The notes under the pieces: model-generated
What the model was told of the DNA's origin: nothing
Seen by the model: the letters and a program-made list of their open reading frames with translations, nothing else
Database searches by the model: none
Translations under genes and position numbers: made by a program
From: an uncultured SAR86 cluster bacterium
GTDB lineage: Bacteria > Pseudomonadota > Gammaproteobacteria > Magnimaribacterales > D2472
NCBI GenBank assembly: GCA_902518715.1
Contig: CABYHU010000004.1
Location: 7,284-71,283 of the forward strand
Length of the DNA stretch: 64,000 bases
Direction of reading: 5' to 3'
In this document: in pieces, positions 56,105 through 64,000 of the stretch
How positions within the stretch are numbered: position 1 is the stretch's first letter
Layout of the letters: the number at the start of each line of letters is the position of its first letter

Positions 56105-57094
56105 ATGAGTATTGTCTCAATAAAAGACCTGCTTCAGGCAGGTGTTCATTTTGGCCATCAATCAAGATTCTGGAATCCGAAAATGGAAGAATATATATTT
56201 GATACCAGAAAAAAAATCAGCATTATCAATTTAGAAACAACCCAAAGTCAGTTAAATGCAGCTGCATCTAGAGTTGAATCTATTTGCTCAAGAGGAAATA
56301 AATTACTATTTGTAGGAACAAAAAGATCAGCAAGCAAATCAATTAGAGAAAAAGCATTATCACTTGGCCTTCCTTATGTAGATAAAAGATGGCTTGGTGG
56401 AACATTGACAAACTGGAAAACTATTCGAAGCTCGATCAGAAGGCTATCGGATTTAGAGGAAATGATGTCATCAGGCAGGATAGAAAAACTTTCAAAAAAA
56501 GAGGCACTTGAGATATCAAGAGAGCATCAAAAACTAATGGAATCTATTGGCGGTATTAAAAACATGAAAGGGCTTCCTGATGCCTTATTTGTTATCGATG
56601 TTAAACATGAAAAAATTGCAGTAACTGAAGCTCAAAAAATGGGAATTCCAGTTATTGGTCTTGTTGATACAAACTCTAACCCTGAAGGTATAGATGTTGT
56701 TATTCCTGGAAACGATGACGCAATCAGATCAATTAAGTTAGTCCTTGAAGTTATTGGTGAGGCCTGTGAGAGAGGTCTGGAATCAAAACAAGGTTATGCT
56801 CCAGAAACATCTAGCGATGAATCAGTTCCAGTTATACATAAAGTAAGTGAAGTAAAAATTACTTCAGGTAAGGCCTTAAATCTTGTTGATGAAGCAACGA
56901 AAGATGATTTTTTACCTGAAGAGAGCATTGAAGAAACTAATGTTGAAGATGATAAAAAAGAGACAGAAAATCAAGAAAATGCAGAAGTAACTAATGAGGC
57001 TTCCGCTATTGAGGAAACGGAAGTTAAGAGTGATGTTTCTGAAGAGGAACCAAAAGAAGAGAAAGCTGAAGAAAGCGAAAAAGGAGAAACCTAA
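56105..57094 (+). CDS. rpsB: 30S ribosomal protein S2 with long acidic tail
   Basis: [27 protein letters not shown]. Confidence 0.98.
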   Translation: MSIVSIKDLLQAGVHFGHQSRFWNPKMEEYIFDTRKKISIINLETTQSQLNAAASRVESICSRGNKLLFVGTKRSASKSIREKALSLGLPYVDKRWLGGTLTNWKTIRSSIRRLSDLEEMMSSGRIEKLSKKEALEISREHQKLMESIGGIKNMKGLPDALFVIDVKHEKIAVTEAQKMGIPVIGLVDTNSNPEGIDVVIPGNDDAIRSIKLVLEVIGEACERGLESKQGYAPETSSDESVPVIHKVSEVKITSGKALNLVDEATKDDFLPEESIEETNVEDDKKETENQENAEVTNEASAIEETEVKSDVSEEEPKEEKAEESEKGET

Positions 57095-57957
57095 TGGAAA
57101 TAAAGGCATCCCAAGTAAAAGAGCTAAGAGAACTTTCTGGTGTTGGAATGATGGAATGCAAGAAAGCCTTAGTCGAAGTTGAGGGAGATATAGAAAAAGC
57201 TTTGGATCTTCTTCGATCTAACAGTGCTCTCAAGGCTGAAAAGAAATCGGCTCGCGTGGCAGCAGATGGCGTTATAAAAGTTCATGTTTCAGAAAATTAT
57301 GCAACTATGGTTGAAATCAACTCAGAAACTGATTTTGCTGCTAAAGACGATAGTTTCATTGAGTTTGCAAAGAATATCGAAGAAAGACTTGTCAACAAGA
57401 AATATCTTGATGTTGAAGATTTAAAGAAAGATGTTGAGGAAGATCGACAAAAACTTGTTCAGTCAATTGGAGAAAACATTCAAGTAAGAAGATTGGCTAC
57501 CCAAGAATTTGATAGCCCAAAAAAGGTCGGGACTTATCTTCATTCTGATAACAAACTTGCTGCTATGGTTTTATTAAAAGAAGAAAATGATGAACTCGGA
57601 AGAGATATTGCTATGCATATTTCTGCTTCAGCTCCTTTATCAATAAATGAAGATGGGGTTGATAAAGAAGTTCTTGAAAGAGAGACAAATATTTTTGAAT
57701 CTCAAGCAAAAGAGTCAGGCAAAGACGAAAATATCATGCAAAAAATGGTTGAAGGAAAGATAAAAAGATTTCTTAAAGAAGTTACACTGCTCTCTCAAGA
57801 CTTCATAAAAGATCCTGATACCTCTATTTCAAAACTTCTTGAAAATAGTGATAATGAGGTAATTTCATTTGAAAGATTCAAAGTTGGTGAAGGTATAGAA
57901 GTATCTTCAAAAGATTTTGCAGAGGAGGTTGCTGAACAACTCAATAAAGATGGCTGA
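57094..57957 (+). CDS. tsf: Elongation factor Ts
   Basis: VKELRE..G.GMMECKKAL, NSETDF. Confidence 0.98.
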   Translation: MEIKASQVKELRELSGVGMMECKKALVEVEGDIEKALDLLRSNSALKAEKKSARVAADGVIKVHVSENYATMVEINSETDFAAKDDSFIEFAKNIEERLVNKKYLDVEDLKKDVEEDRQKLVQSIGENIQVRRLATQEFDSPKKVGTYLHSDNKLAAMVLLKEENDELGRDIAMHISASAPLSINEDGVDKEVLERETNIFESQAKESGKDENIMQKMVEGKIKRFLKEVTLLSQDFIKDPDTSISKLLENSDNEVISFERFKVGEGIEVSSKDFAEEVAEQLNKDG

Positions 57958-58663
57958 TTTAAAATACTCAAGACTTCTTGTAAAGTTCAGTGGCGAATCT
58001 GTTGCAGGCGAAGAGGGGATCGGCATTGACCCCAAAATTTTAGACTCAATGGCCGTATCAATTAAATTATGTAAAGACCTTGGCGCCGAAATAGGAATAG
58101 TTATAGGTGGAGGAAACTTATTTCGAGGAGAAAGGCTCAGTCAATCTGGAATGGATAGAGTTGCTGGAGATCATATGGGAATGTTAGCAACTGTGATGAA
58201 TGGTATTGCCTTGAGGGATGCTCTTGAAAGGGCGAATGTTAAAACAAGAGTTATGTCAGCTCTCTCAATTTCAGGACTTGTTGAGCATTTTGATAGAAGA
58301 AGAGCTATTCAGCTTCTTAAAGATGGATATGTAGTAATATTTACTGCTGGAACTGGAAATCCTTTCTTTACAACTGACACTGCAGGTTGTCTTAGGGCAG
58401 TAGAAACTCAATCAGATATTATGCTAAAAGCTACTAGAGTTGATGGTGTATATTCAGCTGATCCCGAGAAAGATCCAAATGCAAAGTTTTATAAAAATAT
58501 TTCTTTTGAAGAAGCAATTTCAAAAAATCTTCGAATTATGGATGGTACAGCTCTGACGCTAGCAAAAGATCATAAGTTGCCAATTAAAGTATTTAATTTG
58601 AAGGATGAGAACTCGCTATCATCAATTGCAAAAGGGGAAGATATAGGAACATTAATATTATGA
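57950..58663 (+). CDS. pyrH: UMP kinase
   Basis: K.SGE, GGGNLFRG, GTGNPFFTTD; start set to ATG 57950. Confidence 0.97.
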   Translation: MADLKYSRLLVKFSGESVAGEEGIGIDPKILDSMAVSIKLCKDLGAEIGIVIGGGNLFRGERLSQSGMDRVAGDHMGMLATVMNGIALRDALERANVKTRVMSALSISGLVEHFDRRRAIQLLKDGYVVIFTAGTGNPFFTTDTAGCLRAVETQSDIMLKATRVDGVYSADPEKDPNAKFYKNISFEEAISKNLRIMDGTALTLAKDHKLPIKVFNLKDENSLSSIAKGEDIGTLIL

Positions 58664-59214
58664 ACACAATAAAAGATGAGACTACTGAAAGAATGCAAAA
58701 GTGTATGGATTCTCTATCAAATCAATTTAATAAAATTAGAACTGGAAGGGCTAACCCTTCCATATTGGACTCCGTAAAAGTTGATTACTACGGCAATCAA
58801 ACGCCTATTAATCAAACTGCAAATATAAGCGTTGAAGAAAATAGAACATTAGTAATATCTCCATGGGATAAGACACTAATGCCAGAAATCGAAAAGGCTA
58901 TAATTTCTTCTGATCTTGGATTAAACCCAAGCTCATCTGGCGATCTCATTAGAATAACAATGCCAGCTCTCACTGAAGAAACTAGACAAGACTATATTAA
59001 ACAAGCTAGGACTGAGGCTGAAAACGCAAGAATTTCTATAAGAAGCGTCAGACGCGACAGCAATCAAACTGCTAGAGATTTAAATACAAAAAGTGAGCTT
59101 TCTGATGACGAATTAAGAGATTTGGAGGTAGAAATCCAAGAAATCACAGATAAATTTATATCTATGATAGATGATCAACTTAAGCATAAAGAAGACGATT
59201 TAATTCAAATCTAG
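58660..59214 (+). CDS. frr: Ribosome recycling factor
   Basis: IRTGRANP, V.YYG..TP, P.LTEE.R. Confidence 0.97.
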   Translation: MNTIKDETTERMQKCMDSLSNQFNKIRTGRANPSILDSVKVDYYGNQTPINQTANISVEENRTLVISPWDKTLMPEIEKAIISSDLGLNPSSSGDLIRITMPALTEETRQDYIKQARTEAENARISIRSVRRDSNQTARDLNTKSELSDDELRDLEVEIQEITDKFISMIDDQLKHKEDDLIQI

Positions 59215-59222
59215 TCATAAAA

Positions 59223-59909
59223 ATGAACCTGAAAAATATAGCTATCATAATGGATGGTAATGGGCGTTGGGCAAAAAAAAACAATCTTCAAATTAAAGAA
59301 GGTCATGCTAGGGGAGTATCAGCACTCAAGGAAATAGTTAAGGAATCAGTGAATCAAAATATTGAATCTCTTACGGTTTATGCATTTAGCACTGAAAATT
59401 GGAAAAGACCAAAGTCTGAAGTCAAAGCCATAAATAATCTTATTGTTAATACTATTAATAATGAGCTGGATGAGTTAATTGAGCAAAATGTAAAAGTCAG
59501 ATTTTTTGGCGATTATTCTAATTTTGGCAAAAAAACTTATGAAAAGATCAAATTTGCTGAAGAGAAATCTTTCAGCAATAAACCTAAACTAAGACTGAAT
59601 ATAGCACTTGGTTATGGTGGTAAAATGGACATTATTAATATCGCTAGAGAGGTATCTAGATTGAAAATTAAAGCATCTGATATCAATGACCATACAATTA
59701 ATGAATTATCGCAAGTTCCTGAACCCAGTATTGATTTGCTAATTAGGACTGGAGGGGATACAAGGATAAGCAATTTTCTTTTATATCAAATAGCTTATTC
59801 TGAGATTCATTTTGTTAGAAAACTCTGGCCAGATTATTCAAAAAAGGATTTTAAAAGAAACATAAACAAATATTTTAATTCGGAGCGAAGATTCGGTGAG
59901 CGAACTTAA
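59223..59909 (+). CDS. uppS: Undecaprenyl diphosphate synthase
   Basis: IIMDGNGRWA, AFSTENW.RP, RT.G..RISNFLL. Confidence 0.97.
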   Translation: MNLKNIAIIMDGNGRWAKKNNLQIKEGHARGVSALKEIVKESVNQNIESLTVYAFSTENWKRPKSEVKAINNLIVNTINNELDELIEQNVKVRFFGDYSNFGKKTYEKIKFAEEKSFSNKPKLRLNIALGYGGKMDIINIAREVSRLKIKASDINDHTINELSQVPEPSIDLLIRTGGDTRISNFLLYQIAYSEIHFVRKLWPDYSKKDFKRNINKYFNSERRFGERT

Positions 59910-60723
59910 ACAAGAATTTTTAAAGCGTTCAATAACTGCAATTTTTATTTCAGCTATTGTTATCACTTTGATACTTTACTCATCAAATCTGATTTTGAAT
60001 ATCTTCATATCTATACTTTCTTTGGCTTTGTTCCTCGAATGGATGTCAGTTTCAGAATCAAGTAATGGAAAGAGATTAATTTTTTTAATAATGTTTATTA
60101 TCTTAATAACCGCCAATTATTATTTTGGAGGATTATTTGAACCAATATCATTTATAACAATGTTGGGAATAACGGTTTGGATTGTAGTTGCTTATCAAAT
60201 ATTCTTTAAGCAAGGGCGCTTATCTTCAAATTTTGCATTTAATAATTTTTGGGTTGGTTTGCTATTAATATCTGCTTTTTGCTTGGTATGTTTTCAATTA
60301 GTAACTGGATCTAGAATATTTCTATTAGCAGTTATTTTTAATATTGCAGTTTTTGATACTGGTGCATATATCATTGGTAAAAATCTAGGAAAAAATTCAT
60401 TTCTTCCCAAGCTAAGTCCTAACAAGACCATTGAAGGATTAATCGGCGGCCTCATTTCTAGTTTATTTTTTGTTATATGCGCATACTTATTCCTAGAAGA
60501 AATTTCTCTTGTACACGCATTAACAATGGTTCTTGCAATCCCATTCGCATTATGCGGAGACTACTTTTTTAGTTTTCTAAAAAGAAAAGCAGGTGTTAAA
60601 GATACAGGTAGTATTCTCCCGGGGCATGGAGGTTTGCTCGACAGAGTTGACTCTCATTTAGCGGCTATTCCAATGACTTTATTTTTTTCACTTCTCTCAT
60701 ATACAGCAGGATCATACTTTTGA
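59896..60723 (+). CDS. cdsA: Phosphatidate cytidylyltransferase
   Basis: SPNKTIEG, KR.AGVKD.G..LPGHGG.LDRVDS. Confidence 0.96.
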   Translation: MSELKQEFLKRSITAIFISAIVITLILYSSNLILNIFISILSLALFLEWMSVSESSNGKRLIFLIMFIILITANYYFGGLFEPISFITMLGITVWIVVAYQIFFKQGRLSSNFAFNNFWVGLLLISAFCLVCFQLVTGSRIFLLAVIFNIAVFDTGAYIIGKNLGKNSFLPKLSPNKTIEGLIGGLISSLFFVICAYLFLEEISLVHALTMVLAIPFALCGDYFFSFLKRKAGVKDTGSILPGHGGLLDRVDSHLAAIPMTLFFSLLSYTAGSYF

Positions 60724-61868
60724 AAAAGATATTCATTCTTGGTGCATCTGGGAGTATTGGAGAAAATGCTCTATCTGTTATCGACTCAAATAAAGAAAAC
60801 TTTGAACTAGTAGGTATTTCGGTAAATAAAAATGTTGAAAAGGCTAATAAGATTATCAAAAAGCATAATCCAAAGTACATTTACATAAATGATAAATTAG
60901 CAAAAGAAAATATACTAAAGACTGAGGATGCAGTTATTTGTGAAGACGATAAAGAGCTTTCCGATATCTTCAATTCAAGTGATGTTGATATTGTAATCTC
61001 AGCCATCTCAGGTTTTGCTGGAATTAAGTCGACTTTCCATGCAGCAAAATCAGGTAAAAAGATCCTTCTTGCTAATAAAGAAAGTATTGTTGCAGGCGGA
61101 TCATTGCTGATGGAAACTGCAAGAGAAAATAATACCGAACTAGTTCCAATAGATAGCGAGCATAATGCTATTTTTCAATGCTTACCTGAATCTAGATCAA
61201 CACAAGATGTTAAGCAAATAGTCATTACTGCCTCAGGAGGGCCCTTTCATGGAAAGAATATAGATGAACTCAATAATGTTGGAGTTCAAGACGCGCTAAA
61301 TCATCCTAACTGGGAAATGGGATCGAAGATTTCTATAGATTCAGCTACTCTTGTAAATAAGTGTTTAGAACTCATTGAAGCATGCTATTTATTTGATATG
61401 GATGAGAGCTTCTTTGAACTTGTAATTCATCCTGAGAGTATTGTTCATTCGATAGTTACATTTAATGATGGGTCTTCAATTTGCCAAATGAGTAATCCCG
61501 ATATGCGCGTACCTATTGCTAATGCAATGTCATATGATAAAAGACTTTCAATTCCATTCCAGCCCATTGATTTTAATAATCTCAAGCTTAACTTTGAAAG
61601 CTTTCCAAATGACAGAGCTGAAATTGTTCATCTGGCGAGAGAGGCTGTTCGAGAAGATAGCTCAAAGGGAATTTATTTTAATGCTGCCAATGAGATTGCA
61701 GTAGAAAATTTTCTAAATAAAAGGATTACATTTAGACAAATATATGAGGTAATTTTACGAACTTTTGATACAAAAGAGATGTCAAAGTTTAATAGTATTG
61801 AAGATATTTTTGAAATTGATCAGGAGGCACGCAATATATCTAATATGGTGATAAAATCACTAACTTAA
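60720..61868 (+). CDS. dxr: 1-deoxy-D-xylulose-5-phosphate reductoisomerase
   Basis: LGASGSIG, LANKES, PIDSEHNAI, HPNW.MG.KIS.DSAT. Confidence 0.97.
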   Translation: MKKIFILGASGSIGENALSVIDSNKENFELVGISVNKNVEKANKIIKKHNPKYIYINDKLAKENILKTEDAVICEDDKELSDIFNSSDVDIVISAISGFAGIKSTFHAAKSGKKILLANKESIVAGGSLLMETARENNTELVPIDSEHNAIFQCLPESRSTQDVKQIVITASGGPFHGKNIDELNNVGVQDALNHPNWEMGSKISIDSATLVNKCLELIEACYLFDMDESFFELVIHPESIVHSIVTFNDGSSICQMSNPDMRVPIANAMSYDKRLSIPFQPIDFNNLKLNFESFPNDRAEIVHLAREAVREDSSKGIYFNAANEIAVENFLNKRITFRQIYEVILRTFDTKEMSKFNSIEDIFEIDQEARNISNMVIKSLT

Positions 61869-61875
61869 AACACTT

Positions 61876-63210
61876 ATGATAACTATAATTTCTTTTCTAA
61901 TTCTTTTGGGTGTCCTTGTTGTAATTCATGAGGGCGGTCATTTCTTTGTTTTAAGAATGTGCAAAGTACATGTTGATAGATTTTCAGTAGGCATGGGCCC
62001 AGTTATTTATAAAAAGAAAGATAAAAAAGGGACTGAATTTGCTCTATCAGCATTACCTCTTGGAGGCTACGTGTCTTATTTATCAAAGAAAGCTCTAGAT
62101 GCTGAACCTGAAATGAAAAAAAACTTTACTGATGAGCAGTTAGATAACTTATTCGAAACAAAACCAAAGTGGCAAAGAGCTGCTGTAATGTTTGCTGGCC
62201 CTCTTGCTAATTTTATTCTTGCAGTAATTATATTTACCTTCATATTTTCGTCTCAACAAACGGTAAAACCAATTTTTCTTGTTGATGGTGAATATGTTTC
62301 TAGTTCATCTATATCTGGTGACATTAATAAAAACGATATTCTTGTTTCTATAAATGGTGAAAAAATCTTAAATCCTACAGAATATAGACTTGCACTTCTA
62401 GCTAATGCTGGTCTTACAGGTGAAATAAATGTAGGCTTTTTAAATGCTAAAAGCTCTGAGACATACTATAGAAATATAAGTGTTGTAGACTTTTTAAGTA
62501 ATTCAGAACAACAACAAGAACCAGAAAAGTTCTTTCCAATTGAGATAACATCTTACATATCTCCAGAAATTGGCTCACTTTCCAGACAGGGACCAGCATC
62601 ACTTGCTGGTGTTAAAGCAGGTGACAAAATTCTAGAAATAGATGGTCAAAGCATTAACCATTTTGCAGAGGTTTCAGATATCCTCACATCTTCACCTAGT
62701 AGTAACGTTAATCTTGTTATTCAAAGAAATGGAGAAACAAAAAACTTTTTTATAAACACTGAAATATCTGAAGCTGGTACTCCAATTCTTGGTATCTCAG
62801 CTGCATACAAAAGATCTATTTTTGAAGCTTTCACAAAGTCTGTCAGAGATACATACAATCTAAGTATAAAAACACTTTTATTTATAGGAAAAATGATTAC
62901 TGGAAATATGGGTGCAGAAAATCTTAGCGGTCCTGTAGGAATTGCGAAGATGTCTGGCGAAGCATTTAGCGCAGGTTTTTTACCTTTTCTATATTTAATG
63001 GCTATTTTAAGTATCAGTTTAGGCGTATTGAACTTGCTGCCAATTCCTGTTTTAGATGGCGGGCAACTTACCATGCTTGCGATAGAGGCGATAAGAGGAG
63101 AACCACTTCCTGCAAGAGTTGAAAATTTTGCATATACTCTAGGTGCATTGATGGTAGGATTTCTTCTAGTTTTTGCTGTTACAAATGATATTTTTAGGTG
63201 GGTAGGTTGA
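61876..63210 (+). CDS. rseP: RIP metalloprotease RseP
   Basis: HEGGH, PLGGYV, AGP.AN, PDZ domains, NLLPIPVLDGG. Confidence 0.96.
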   Translation: MITIISFLILLGVLVVIHEGGHFFVLRMCKVHVDRFSVGMGPVIYKKKDKKGTEFALSALPLGGYVSYLSKKALDAEPEMKKNFTDEQLDNLFETKPKWQRAAVMFAGPLANFILAVIIFTFIFSSQQTVKPIFLVDGEYVSSSSISGDINKNDILVSINGEKILNPTEYRLALLANAGLTGEINVGFLNAKSSETYYRNISVVDFLSNSEQQQEPEKFFPIEITSYISPEIGSLSRQGPASLAGVKAGDKILEIDGQSINHFAEVSDILTSSPSSNVNLVIQRNGETKNFFINTEISEAGTPILGISAAYKRSIFEAFTKSVRDTYNLSIKTLLFIGKMITGNMGAENLSGPVGIAKMSGEAFSAGFLPFLYLMAILSISLGVLNLLPIPVLDGGQLTMLAIEAIRGEPLPARVENFAYTLGALMVGFLLVFAVTNDIFRWVG

Positions 63211-64000
63211 TGAAATTTTTCAAGCGCCTAATTTCTTTCCTATTACTTCTTAATATAACCACCGTTTTAGCTTTTGAAGAATTTATCGTTAACGATATCC
63301 GAATAGCTGGTCTTCAGAGAGTCTCAACGGGAAGTATTTTTAATACCATACCGATTTCTGTTGGAGATAAAATCGATGATCGAAAGATTGTAGATATAAC
63401 AAGAGCACTTTTTGCTACAGAGCAATTTGATGATATTCAAATAGGAAGAGATGGCAATGCCTTAATAATAACTGTTGCAGAAAGACCATCAATATCTTCA
63501 ATTGATATTTCTGGAAATAGTGCGCTTAAAACTGAAATCTTACTTGAAAGCTTTGATGGAATTGGAATAACAGAAGGACAAGTTTACAAAAGGTCAACGC
63601 TTGAGAGAATGAAAGCTGAGTTAGTAAGATCTTATTCCTCTCAAGGTAGATATGGAGCAGGAGTTGTAATATATGAAACGCCTCAACCTAGAAATAGAGT
63701 TTCTATCTCAATTGAGATAGATGAGGGAGAAAGCGCAAAGATAGATGGCATAACAATTTTAGGAAACAACATATTTTCTGATGAAGATTTGCTTGATGTT
63801 ATGGAGTTAAGCGAGGGTAGCTGGCTGTCTTTTCTTTCAAATGATGATCAATACTCTAGGGAAAAGCTACAAGGTGATCTTGAGAATCTAGAGTCTTATT
63901 ACCTTGATAGAGGGTACTTGCAGTTCTCAATTGAATCAAGTCAGGTAAGTATTTCAAGAGATAGAAGCAGTATTTATATTACATATATAATTTCAGAAGG
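63210..64000 (+). CDS. bamA: Outer membrane assembly factor BamA (partial, runs off window; not in ORF track)
   Basis: Hand translation MKFFKR..signal..FIVNDIRIAGLQRVS, V.ERPSI, Y.SQGRY, PRNRV; follows rseP. Confidence 0.93.
   Translation, partial: MKFFKRLISFLLLLNITTVLAFEEFIVNDIRIAGLQRVSTGSIFNTIPISVGDKIDDRKIVDITRALFATEQFDDIQIGRDGNALIITVAERPSISSIDISGNSALKTEILLESFDGIGITEGQVYKRSTLERMKAELVRSYSSQGRYGAGVVIYETPQPRNRVSISIEIDEGESAKIDGITILGNNIFSDEDLLDVMELSEGSWLSFLSNDDQYSREKLQGDLENLESYYLDRGYLQFSIESSQVSISRDRSSIYITYIISE

Overview
Compact, AT-rich (roughly one-third GC by eye) gammaproteobacterial chromosome segment. Tiny spacers, frequent overlaps and Pseudomonadales-like gene order suggest a streamlined marine lineage such as SAR86 (inference). 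About 85% is core machinery: birA/msrA, a rearranged tRNA-tuf cluster, secE-nusG-rplKAJL-rpoBC, str (no tufA), fused S10-spc-alpha operons, uvrA/ssb, ispB-fabA-fabB, rplU-rpmA-obgE, rpsT, ssrA/smpB, ratA, bamE/fur, grpE-dnaK-dnaJ and rpsB through bamA (partial). The first 8 kb is accessory. Its best signal is a 94-aa leader ORF (961-1245, minus strand) with a signal-like segment, HExxH, CxxC and a C-terminal RAPP ribosome-arrest motif. It lies 48 nt upstream of a His-rich ZnuD-like TonB-dependent receptor, and the RAPP codons can pair with the receptor's Shine-Dalgarno. This is a candidate metal (possibly zinc)-sensing arrest-peptide switch. Also notable: a 23S-rRNA-mimicking element before rplC, an NSS transporter missing both residues of the extracellular gate salt bridge, an active/inactive secreted amidohydrolase pair, and the str promoter embedded in the last codons of rpoC. 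No CRISPR, IS or integrase was seen. All family assignments come from motif recognition, not database searches.
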